Source of the DNA: Candidatus Hydrogenedentota bacterium
GTDB taxonomy: Bacteria > Hydrogenedentota > Hydrogenedentia > Hydrogenedentales > SLHB01
Direction: 5' to 3'
DNA: 64,000 bases
NCBI GenBank assembly: GCA_963674865.2
Contig: CAXXYE010000001.1
Location: 128,001 to 192,000, forward strand
This document shows, in pieces, positions 30,663-39,204 of this stretch. Within the stretch, counting starts at the first letter, position 1, and every line of letters starts with the position of its first letter. Position numbers and translations under genes: made by a program. The notes under the pieces are model-generated. The model ran no database searches and had not been told where the DNA came from. It was given only the letters and a program-made list of their open reading frames with translations.

Positions 30663-30879
30663 CTTGTCGCGAAGAGCCGGAGAGAGGGCGCGAGTCAGTT
30701 CTGGGAGGTGCCAACGGAAGGCGCCGTTAGGCGCGGGGCTGCGGCTTTGGTGCGGGCTCATCCGAATACGCGGCACGCGGCGGTTGTATCACAATAGAGC
30801 GTGTGAGGAGGTGCGCACCATTGAGGAAGGGCACGTGCGTTTCGGCGTCTTCGTCAACGGTGAGTGGCAGGAGAGCGAC

Positions 30880-30918
30880 TTGACGTTTGCTGCAAGGTGT
30901 ACCATACTATTGATACAA
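30880..30918 (+). promoter_or_regulatory. Promoter with overlapping GntR/YtrA operator, copy 1
   Basis: TTGACG-17-CATACT with TGTA-N12-TACA (TGTACCATACTATTGATACAA); same geometry as the site at 34581. Confidence 0.7.
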
Positions 30919-31017
30919 TCTCTTCACGGCTGGACGGGGGAGTAATCCGCATGGTGAACGAGTTCACGCAGGCTGGCTTGCGGTACGTCGCCGTAGCGAA
31001 GCCAAGGGCCGGCTTCT

Positions 31018-31145
31018 GAAAAGCAGCGACAGACACGTCTCGTCCGCCGGAGGCGGACTCGCTTGCGTCAGTCCCCGTTTTTCGCGTTTTCTTGGTGTTT
31101 TCTCGTCCCCGGATAAGCGACGTCGATTGTGAGTCAGAACGCTAG
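31018..31145 (+). repeat. REP/MITE-like element, family 1, copy C
   Basis: GACAGACACGTCT...GCGTCAGTCCCCGTTTTTCGC plus a tail ending GTGAGTCAGAACGCTAG. Confidence 0.75.
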
Positions 31146-31155
31146 GAGGACGCCG

Positions 31156-32787
31156 ATGCACGGCAAATACCGCGCCCTCATCTGGGAACAGGCCCGCCTC
31201 GCCGGCGTGCTCTCCGCGTGGTGTCTCGCCGTCGCACTTCTTTTCCTGTTTTCGCTGTGGCTGGGCATGCGCGGGGTGGAGTATTCCCTCGAAGATGCTC
31301 AGGAGGCGGCGACGTACGCCGTGCTTTTCGGCGGGGCAGTTGTCAGCGGCCTCTACACATTCAGGTTCGACAACGCAGGCCACCTTGTCCAGGGCTTTGA
31401 CGCCAGGCTGTATCGCTTGCCTGTAGAGACTTGGTTTCTCGTTACCACCATTCTCGCCTGCCGCATCGTGGGCCTGCTCGTGGTCGTCCTCGGCGGCATC
31501 CTTACAAGCAATATGCTTCTTGACACCGGCATTGCGCCGCTCCACGCGCTATGGATCCTAACGCTATACCTGATCGCCCAGGCGGGCTCCTGGAGCGGCA
31601 ACGCGTTGCCCTACCTCAAGTATCTTGCCGTGTGCGTCCTCGCCGCCGCCTTGCTCCTGATCGTCCGCAGCACTTATCCGGGGCGGATGCCTGTCGATTC
31701 GTATGCTGGGCTCTCTGAGTTCTTCCACGGTACGGCGCTATGGGTGTCCGGTTGTCTAGCGCTTGCCTCGGGCGCCGCCGGGGGCAGCTTCGCCTCTATT
31801 GTGTGGGATCGCCACGGCGAACGGCGGGGGCCTCGCCCGCTCAGGGAACTGTGGGAGCAATTGGCGGATGTCCGTCGCGGAGACGCCACGCGATTCAAGT
31901 CAGCCTTTACCGCTCAGTGCTGGATTGAGCGCCGGCGATTCGGCTGGCTTCTCCCCGTGGCCGTTGTGGGCGGGACACTGCTCTTGGCTATCGCGTCCGT
32001 GATGATTGAACTGGCCCTCGAGGACGATCCGCAGCCCGGCAGAGTGCTGGCCAGGTGGTTCTGGACGTTCCCTATCACCTCGCTCCTATTCGGCGCCGCA
32101 GTGAGCGGGCTTCGCGCAGGCGCCACGGCCTCTCGGGGAGCGTGGAATAAGACGTCGCAAGGCTATGCGCTGCTCCGGCCGATGACTGACGCCGACTTGG
32201 CCGCCGCCAAGACGACTGCGTTATTCGATTCGCTGCTCATCTGATTCGCTTTGGCCTTGGCTATCGCGATACCTGCTTTCCTTGTCTCGAATGCGCCTGC
32301 GCTCCACTTGCTTGTGGAAGCGGTTCACGTCGGCGAGCTAACCTCTGGTGATCTGGTTCTCATGGCCGGGAGGCCCATGGTGCTCCTCTTCGCCTTGGCG
32401 TGGTGCATGCTCTGGTATGGGCGGCCTCTGTCCGTATCCTACATAGTTCTCCTGGCGCTGCCCTGCGCCATCCCATTGGTTCACTGGCGCATCTTCCCGC
32501 AGATCCAAGTCCTTCTTCGAGAGGGATATTTGCCCGCGCTGATCCTCCTCCCCATCGTCGGCGTGGTGTGGTCGGGCTGGACTGCATGGAAGCGGAGGCA
32601 GGCTTCCTTGAAACGTGTTGTGGGGGTGGCTCTGGCCTGGGCCTTCCTGGTTGTTGTATTCATGGGCGCCGATCTCTTGAACCAGGCGGCCGTGTTGAGC
32701 CTGTCAACAGGCGCCGCCGTGACGGCGTGGATTGTCGCGCCCTTTGTCACACTACCTCAGGCTATCCACCGAGGACGCCATCAATGA
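31156..32787 (+). pseudogene. ABC permease-like membrane protein, copy 1, interrupted by in-frame TGA (32242-32244)
   Basis: Both ORF pieces are in one frame and collinear with the paralog at 36148. FDSLLI*FAL aligns to FDSLLLGFAL; read-through gives 543 codons. Confidence 0.8.
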
Positions 32788-32830
32788 GCGTCAGTGGTAT
32801 GACTGACGCTGATGGCGTGTTGTCGTTGGT

Positions 32831-33094
32831 GCGAAAAGCCGGGACAGTGGAGCCGTTGAAAAGGTGCGGAATTGCCGCACGCAGGCCGCGAAAGAACCTG
32901 GGACAGTCCCGTCTGCGTCCGCCTGCGGCGGACTCCGCTTGGGACAGTCCCGTTCTTTCGCTCAACCTCTGGGGCGAATGCGCCTTTTTCAACAGCTCCA
33001 CAGTCCCGTCTTCGCTTCGCTCGCTTGGGACAGTCCCCGTTTTTCGCTTCTTCACTTGTGGATAGGTAACGTCAACTATGAGTCAGAACACTAG
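32831..33094 (+). repeat. REP/MITE-like element, family 1, copy D (carries a nested insertion)
   Basis: GCGAAAAGCCGGGACAG|insert|CAGTCCC...GGGACAGTCCCCGTTTTTCGC plus a tail ending ATGAGTCAGAACACTAG. Confidence 0.75.
32848..33000. mobile_element. 153-bp MITE with ~21-bp imperfect TIRs and a CAG target duplication
   Basis: TGGAGCCGTTGAAAAGGTGCG ... TGCGCCTTTTTCAACAGCTCCA, flanked by CAG on both sides; contains a further REP copy at 32888-32961. Confidence 0.7.
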
Positions 33095-33129
33095 CGCCGG
33101 GCAGACAGGCCAGTTCCCGTGCACGGGGG

Positions 33130-34584
33130 ATGGCCATGAATAAGTTCGGATATTGGCGAGTCATCGTTGTGGGCGCTATCGGTGTGTTTGCCTTGGTATG
33201 CGGCTTCGCGCCTGGTCCTGACAGAATCTTCTTTGCCAAGGTGCGCGCCTTGGGCTATCCGGCGACTCGCGAAGATGTGGAGGCCTCCCTCACCGATATC
33301 CCCTTCGAGGAGAACGCCGCCCCCGTCTACGGCCAGGCCGTGGCGACGCTGAAAGACTTGTCTCCGGTGAAGATGGCCCGTCTACCTATCTGCGGCGAAG
33401 CGGATGTGCCTGAGCCAACGGAGCCGATCCCGGAGCCGACGATGGGCCTCATGCGAGCGTACCTGCGGCGAAACGCGTCGTCCCTCGCCCGGCTTCATAG
33501 CGCCACACGCATGCGCAAGTGCCTTTTCCCCATGAGATTCCGCTTGGCGTTTTTTGCCGAGTCCCGGCATCTCCCCATATTGCGAGCCGGCGCTCGTGTC
33601 CTCGAATTGGAGTCGCTCTACTGTGCCTCAGCCGGCGAGCCTCACCGGGCAGCCGAAGCGGTGTTGAGCCTGCTGCGCATGTCCGCGGCTCTCAAGGGTG
33701 AGCCCTTCGCGCGGAATCAGATTTGCCGCGCCACCCTTGCCTCAATGGCGTGGGACGCGCTCGATCAACTCGTGAATCGGACAGCCTGTTCGGAGTCCGA
33801 ACTTGTGCGTTTGCAGGAGGCGTTCACGAATCCACTCGAGCCTGGCTTCACCGGCGATGGGATGGCGCGTGAGTTGGCAATGGATGACTATCGCCTGCGG
33901 GTATTCATGCTTGAGATGCTGGGGGAACTCGTTCCCGAGAACGTGGATATCGTTCGTTACTATCCAATGGCCTCGGCGGCTAGGCGGGTGGCCTATTGGT
34001 GCGGCGTGCGCGACGCGGGGCGTGCGTGCAGTCGCAGGCTGGTGATGCGATACATCGCCTCCAGTCGGAGTACGTATCCGGAGCAGAAACTCGAGGCGCG
34101 GCGCATCGAAGATACTGTCGACAACATGCCATTCTGGTATATGGCCCCCTATCCGCTATGGCTCCTTGATGCCTCCCGTGCGGCGGGGGCAGACTGGCTG
34201 CATATTGCGCGGATGCGTACCGCGGAAGTGGCTCTGGCTATCGAGCGATTCCGCCTGGCGAATGACGCCCTGCCGCCTAATCTCGGGGCGCTGGTTCCCG
34301 AGTGTCTGGCGGAGATCCCGACTGATCCGTTCTCGGAGCAACCTCTCAGCTTCCGCAAGACGGAATGCGGCTACGTGGTGTACAGCGTTGGCCCGGATCA
34401 GGAGGATGACGGCGGCACGGTGAGAAAGGACTGGACTGAGGGCGACATTGTGTTTACCGTCGAGCGTCCCGGGCCGCGCCCGCTCCCGGACGGCCAGTCC
34501 GAGTCTGACAATACGGTGCAGTTGCTTTCACGAATTCCCGGCCCCGAGGACGGACTCTTGGCATCGTCGAAAAGCGGGGCTTGA
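33130..34584 (+). CDS. Membrane-anchored protein with a GspG/pseudopilin-like C-terminal domain, copy 1
   Basis: N-terminal TM; ENAA..Y; C-terminal LAIERFRL..LP..L..LVP..L.EIPTDPFS...VYSVGPD..DDGG. Confidence 0.7.
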   Translation: MAMNKFGYWRVIVVGAIGVFALVCGFAPGPDRIFFAKVRALGYPATREDVEASLTDIPFEENAAPVYGQAVATLKDLSPVKMARLPICGEADVPEPTEPIPEPTMGLMRAYLRRNASSLARLHSATRMRKCLFPMRFRLAFFAESRHLPILRAGARVLELESLYCASAGEPHRAAEAVLSLLRMSAALKGEPFARNQICRATLASMAWDALDQLVNRTACSESELVRLQEAFTNPLEPGFTGDGMARELAMDDYRLRVFMLEMLGELVPENVDIVRYYPMASAARRVAYWCGVRDAGRACSRRLVMRYIASSRSTYPEQKLEARRIEDTVDNMPFWYMAPYPLWLLDASRAAGADWLHIARMRTAEVALAIERFRLANDALPPNLGALVPECLAEIPTDPFSEQPLSFRKTECGYVVYSVGPDQEDDGGTVRKDWTEGDIVFTVERPGPRPLPDGQSESDNTVQLLSRIPGPEDGLLASSKSGA

Positions 34585-34619
34585 CAGGCCGCAAAAATTG
34601 TATTATAATATCGATACAA
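34581..34619 (+). promoter_or_regulatory. Consensus sigma70 promoter with overlapping GntR/YtrA operator, copy 2
   Basis: TTGACA-17-TATAAT, with inverted repeat TTGTAT-N10-ATACAA over the -10 box. Confidence 0.85.
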
Positions 34620-34655
34620 AAGAACTCGGTCCAACGGCGCTGAAAGGGCCGTCAC

Positions 34656-35063
34656 ATGGACATCAAGCTGACTCAGGGCGACGGCGTCCCCATCTATCAA
34701 CAGATTATCAATCAGATCAAGTATCTGATCGCCGCGGGGCGGCTCTCGCCCGATGACGAACTCCCGCCCGTCCGCGTCTTGGCCCAGCGCCTGCTCATCA
34801 ATCCTAACACTGTGGTGCGGGCCTATCGCGAACTCGAAACGCAGGGACTCATCTACAAACGCCGGGGCGCGGGCACCTTCGTGGCGAAGGCGGTATCGCC
34901 GCTGGCCCGGCGGGAGCAAAAGCGGATTCTTAGGGAGCGGGCCGACGCCTTGCTTGTCGAGGCGCGGCATCTGAAATTCACGCTGGACGACGTGCTCGAC
35001 GTGGTGCGCGAGCGCGATCAGGTGTTGCGGGAAGAACGGGGAGAAATCGGAAACGATGGATGA
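34656..35063 (+). CDS. GntR family regulator, YtrA subfamily
   Basis: PIYQQI...LPPVRVLA..L.INPNTVVRAYRELE..G...RRGAGTFV; short C-domain; followed by an ABC ATPase. Confidence 0.92.
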   Translation: MDIKLTQGDGVPIYQQIINQIKYLIAAGRLSPDDELPPVRVLAQRLLINPNTVVRAYRELETQGLIYKRRGAGTFVAKAVSPLARREQKRILRERADALLVEARHLKFTLDDVLDVVRERDQVLREERGEIGNDG

Positions 35064-35967
35064 GAATATGGCCGCCGGTGGGGAACCTGTTGTCGAGGTG
35101 CGCAAGCTTACGCGCAAGTTCAGGCGGAAGGTCGCCCTCGATGAAGTCAGCTTTGAAGTGCCCCGCGGCTCGGTGTTCGGGCTCGTGGGAGAGAACGGGG
35201 CGGGGAAGACGACGTTGGTTAAGCATCTGCTCGGGGTGCTCAAGGCGCAGTCGGGGGACGTGCGCGTCTTCGGCAAGGATCCCGTCGATGATCCCGTCGG
35301 CGTGCTCTCGCAGATCGGTTACTTGTCCGAGGATCGCGATCTTCCGGGCTGGATGCGCGTGGGCCAACTCATGCGCTATACACAGGCGTTTTATCCGGAC
35401 TGGGATGAGGCCTATGCCGAGCATCTTCGGAAGCGGTTTGAGTTGCCCCTGGACGCCCGGATCAAGCACCTGTCACGCGGCGAAAAGGCCAAGGCCGGCC
35501 TCCTCGTGGCCATTGCCTACCGGCCCGCCATGCTGCTCCTCGACGAGCCATCCTCCGGCCTCGACGCGGGCGCCCGCCGCGATATCCTCGGCGCCATCAT
35601 CCGAACCGTCGCCGACGAGGGGCGCACGGTGTTTTTCTCGTCGCATCTCTTGGAGGAGGTCGAGCGCGTCGCCGACATCGTCTGCATGCTCCACGAGGGG
35701 AAAGTGGTTTTCTGCGGCCCGCTTGCGGAGATCAAGGCCCGTCACCGACGCGTCGTGCTGCGATTCGACACGCCGCAGGAAACGCCGCCGGCCATCCCCG
35801 GCGTGCTCCACTGCGAGGGCCAGGGCCGGGAGTGGGCCTTTGTCTGCGACAGGCCCATCCAGGAGTTTGCTGAGGAGGTTGCACGGCACAACGCCACCAT
35901 CGTTGATGACGAAGAGCCCTCTCTCGAACGTCTCTTCCTGGCCCGCGTCGGCCATAAGGACCTCTAA
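35056..35967 (+). CDS. ABC transporter ATP-binding protein (YtrB-like)
   Basis: Walker A GENGAGKTT, signature LSRGE, Walker B LLLDEP, SSH. Confidence 0.95.
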   Translation: MDENMAAGGEPVVEVRKLTRKFRRKVALDEVSFEVPRGSVFGLVGENGAGKTTLVKHLLGVLKAQSGDVRVFGKDPVDDPVGVLSQIGYLSEDRDLPGWMRVGQLMRYTQAFYPDWDEAYAEHLRKRFELPLDARIKHLSRGEKAKAGLLVAIAYRPAMLLLDEPSSGLDAGARRDILGAIIRTVADEGRTVFFSSHLLEEVERVADIVCMLHEGKVVFCGPLAEIKARHRRVVLRFDTPQETPPAIPGVLHCEGQGREWAFVCDRPIQEFAEEVARHNATIVDDEEPSLERLFLARVGHKDL

Positions 35968-36133
35968 GGATATGACTCATACTGGTGATGTGTTCCTGCC
36001 GCGAAAAGTAGAGCAAAAACCAGGGACAGACACGTCTCCGCTTCGCTCCGCTTGTGTCAGTCCCCGTTTTTCGTTTCTTCTTGGCGCTCTTTCATCTAGC
36101 AGATAGGCAACGTCAACTATGAGTCAGAACATT
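35965..36133 (+). repeat. REP/MITE-like element, family 1, copy E
   Basis: Left end TGACTCATA, central GGGACAGACAC...GTGTCAGTCCC hairpin, right end TATGAGTCAGAACA. Confidence 0.75.
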
Positions 36134-36147
36134 CGGAGCGTCGCCCG

Positions 36148-37767
36148 ATGAACGATAAGTACCGCGCCCTCGTATGGGAACAGAGCCGGCTCGCAGGAGT
36201 GGTATCCGTCTGGTGCCTGGGGCTTGGCGTATCGTTCATCGCGTGGCTCTGGTTAGCGCAGCAGCTGCGGTGGATCTTCATGCATGATGCTCAGGAGCTT
36301 GGCGCCCTCGCCACAGTGATCGGGAGCGCCGCCGCGGCGCTCATATTCACGCTGCGCTTCGATGCGGCCGGACACCTCACTTTCGGTTTTGACGCGCGCC
36401 TCTTTCGTCTGCCCATCAAGATAGGGCCCTGCACGACGATCATCCTTGTCTTTCGGGCGCTTGGCGTCCTCGTCGTCGCGTTGGGAAGCGTGATCTCCTG
36501 CAATGCTCTGCTCGGCGGCAACATCGGTATCTGGCCTGTCGTGGGCGTTGTCGCACTTTACCTTACCACCCAGGCCCTTTCGTGGAGCAAAGATTCGGTT
36601 CCGAGCATCAAGTATCTCTTGCCCGCGCTCCTTGTTGCTGTTGTCCTCTTCTTGCTGGGGGGCGGCGGGCGCGCAATAGCGGAGTCGCAATGGACTGAGA
36701 CTATCAAGTCTTTCGACATCGCCCCTCTCATCTGGGCCTTGGCCCTCATCGTGTCCCTGGCAGCCGCGTACGCGGGCGTCCGGTGGAGCCGTCATGGCGT
36801 GCGCCGTGGCCCGGCTCCCCTAGTTGAGTTGATCGATCGGCTTGCCGATCTGCGGCGGGGGAAGGCCAAGCGCTTCCGCAGCCCCTTTCAGGCCCAACTA
36901 TGGTACGAGCGGCGGCGCTTTGGCTGGTTCGTTCCGGCCACAGTTCTCGTGGCCACCGCCCTCTTGTTTGGCGTCCTCCTGGTGGTGAAGAAGGCCCAGA
37001 GGCCCGCGCTCGGAAGCCACGACGCGCTGGCGTTCTTGGGCTTGCTTTCCTTTCTGGGATTCATCGTCGCCGCGTTGATCGCCGGGCCGGTATCCGGCGC
37101 CACCGCCTTTCGTCGTCGGTGGGAAACAAGTTCATCGCGCTATCCGCTGCTACGGCCTCTGGCCACGGCGGCCCTCGCTCGGGCCAAGATGGCCATGCTC
37201 TTCGACTCGCTTCTGCTGGGATTTGCCCTGGTGTTAGCCATCGCGATACCGGCCCTGCTGCTTGGATATGCTCCCGTGGTTGAGTTGGTGACAGCGGCAT
37301 TCAGCGATCAGGAACTTACCCTCGATGAACTCGTCTTTATGCTCGGACGGCCCTTGATCCTGCTATGGGCCCTCGGCTGGGTGGCTCTCTGGTTTTCCCT
37401 GCGTCTTCCGCTGGCCTGGCTTCTAACCGCCGTGGTGACGGTTGTTGCCTATCTCGTGCTCTTTCAGCGATTTCCCCTCCAAAGGGAGTTCTTCATCGGG
37501 GGCCTGCTCGTCGTGGAGGCGGTGGTGTTTCCGATCGCCGGGGTGACTTGGTTGTCCTTGTCGGCGCTGAGGTCGGGCGTCTTAAAGGTGAGGCACTTGG
37601 CGGCCCTGTTCGCGCTCTGGACTCTTCTGACGGCGGCATTCATGGGAGCGGAGTGCGCCCACGGTTTCACCGTGGGACGCCTGTGCGCCGGCGCGGCCAT
37701 CGTAGGGTGGGTCGTGGCGCCTCTCGTAGAGTTACCGATGGCCGTTCACCGACAGAGGCATAACTGA
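36148..37767 (+). CDS. ABC permease-like membrane protein, copy 2 (intact; two fused TMD halves)
   Basis: Many TM helices; internal repeat ALVWEQSR / AQLWYERR and FRLPI / LLRPL. Confidence 0.75.
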   Translation: MNDKYRALVWEQSRLAGVVSVWCLGLGVSFIAWLWLAQQLRWIFMHDAQELGALATVIGSAAAALIFTLRFDAAGHLTFGFDARLFRLPIKIGPCTTIILVFRALGVLVVALGSVISCNALLGGNIGIWPVVGVVALYLTTQALSWSKDSVPSIKYLLPALLVAVVLFLLGGGGRAIAESQWTETIKSFDIAPLIWALALIVSLAAAYAGVRWSRHGVRRGPAPLVELIDRLADLRRGKAKRFRSPFQAQLWYERRRFGWFVPATVLVATALLFGVLLVVKKAQRPALGSHDALAFLGLLSFLGFIVAALIAGPVSGATAFRRRWETSSSRYPLLRPLATAALARAKMAMLFDSLLLGFALVLAIAIPALLLGYAPVVELVTAAFSDQELTLDELVFMLGRPLILLWALGWVALWFSLRLPLAWLLTAVVTVVAYLVLFQRFPLQREFFIGGLLVVEAVVFPIAGVTWLSLSALRSGVLKVRHLAALFALWTLLTAAFMGAECAHGFTVGRLCAGAAIVGWVVAPLVELPMAVHRQRHN

Positions 37768-37816
37768 ACATGAACCAGATTCGCCGAGACTTCGGACAAA
37801 CGAATGGAAGGTGCTC

Positions 37817-39181
37817 ATGAGCGGGATACCGTACTGGCGGAGCATGCTGACGGGCACGCTTGTCCTCTTCGCTCTTGTTTGCGGCCTTGCCGGTAGCCCA
37901 GGCAGGGCATTTCGGGCGAAGGTGCGCGCTGCCGGATATCCGGCCACGTGCGAGGAGGTCGAGGCATTGCTGCCTGCCACGCCTGCGGGGCGAAACGCGG
38001 CCCCTATCTACCGAAGCGCCTCCAGGGCTCTCGTGTTTTTCTCGAAGTCAGACTTCGAGGACGAGGACACGTTCCTCTCGTGGGCCAGCGGCAAATGGCC
38101 CGCCGCAACCGAGCCTATTCCCCAGGCCGCCCTGAACTTGATGGCACGGCACCTCAAACGGAATGCAGCGTCTCTTTCTCTTTTCCATGAGGCAGCCCAG
38201 TTGCCCGAGTGCCAGTTTACGCCCGCATGGATGGCGTGTGAAGTCGGCAGAGTGCACCACGACAGCATGGCGAGTCTATATCACGGGGCTAGTTTGCTTA
38301 TGGCCGAGGCCGTCTATTGCGCGGCGACGGGCGAGGCGGGCAGAGGCGCCAATGCCGTTCTCGACGTCGTGCGCATGTCACACGCCCTGGAAGATGAGCC
38401 AGACAGCCAACGAATCCGGAGTACGCTTCTTTACATTTCCTATGACGCCTTGGGCCAGCTCATAAACCGGACTGTGTGTGTAGAGGATGATTTGGCTGCT
38501 CTGCAGCGGGCCTTTTCCGACGCCGTCGAACCGGGTTTCATCGCGCGGGCAGTCCTGTACGATTTTGCCGCGATGAATTACGATCCGGACGCGTACTATC
38601 AAAGTGAACGATTCCGGTCAAGCTATGACGTGGCAGGATGGGTGCGTGTAACGAGTTGGGCTCGGAACAGGCTCAGCCACTGGAGCGCTCGTCAGGACTT
38701 CCGGAACGTTTGCGGCCGCCATCTCTTCAGGGCAACCATCGGCACCAGTGATCTGCCCTACCGGCAGCAGGTGGCTTTGCGCGAGGGCCTGAGGGAAAGA
38801 GCAGAGGCAATGCCCCGCAGCCTTCGTCTTTCTTCATGGCAGTGGAGACTCGGCTATCATTACATTACTATGCAAGAAGCGCTTGTCGTTGCGCGAATCC
38901 GCATTGCCGAAGCCGTTCTAGCCGTCGAGCGCTATCGCTTGGCCAACGATTCCCTTCCGTCCGGCCTCAATGCCTTGGTGCCGCAATACCTCGAAGAAGT
39001 CCCGATCGACCCGTTCTCTGACGAACCCCTCCTGTTCCGTAAGACGGGGAGCTGCTACATCGTCTATAGCGTTAACCTCGACTGCGAGGATGACGGCGGG
39101 ATTCAGAGCAAGGACATGTACAATGGCGATATCACCTTCACCGTCGAGCGTCCTGCTCCTACGGCTTCTTCCTCTGTGTAG
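37817..39181 (+). CDS. Membrane-anchored protein with a GspG/pseudopilin-like C-terminal domain, copy 2
   Basis: Full-length paralog of 33130 (AKVRA.GYPAT, NAAP.Y, DPFS, DDGG, FTVERP). Confidence 0.7.
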   Translation: MSGIPYWRSMLTGTLVLFALVCGLAGSPGRAFRAKVRAAGYPATCEEVEALLPATPAGRNAAPIYRSASRALVFFSKSDFEDEDTFLSWASGKWPAATEPIPQAALNLMARHLKRNAASLSLFHEAAQLPECQFTPAWMACEVGRVHHDSMASLYHGASLLMAEAVYCAATGEAGRGANAVLDVVRMSHALEDEPDSQRIRSTLLYISYDALGQLINRTVCVEDDLAALQRAFSDAVEPGFIARAVLYDFAAMNYDPDAYYQSERFRSSYDVAGWVRVTSWARNRLSHWSARQDFRNVCGRHLFRATIGTSDLPYRQQVALREGLRERAEAMPRSLRLSSWQWRLGYHYITMQEALVVARIRIAEAVLAVERYRLANDSLPSGLNALVPQYLEEVPIDPFSDEPLLFRKTGSCYIVYSVNLDCEDDGGIQSKDMYNGDITFTVERPAPTASSSV

Positions 39182-39204
39182 GATGAGCCATCCCGGCGAT
39201 TGGC

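Noticed and set aside
32242..32244. UGA=Gly recoding (code 25) or selenocysteine
   Set aside because: Many conserved genes here (rnfB, rnfC, rnfA, glgX) end at TGA at the expected length, and the aligned residue is Gly, not Cys.
28891..36133. CRISPR array or integron attC cassette array
   Set aside because: Repeats are irregularly spaced and degenerate, with no cas or integrase gene and no consistent RYYYAAC/GTTRRRY ends.
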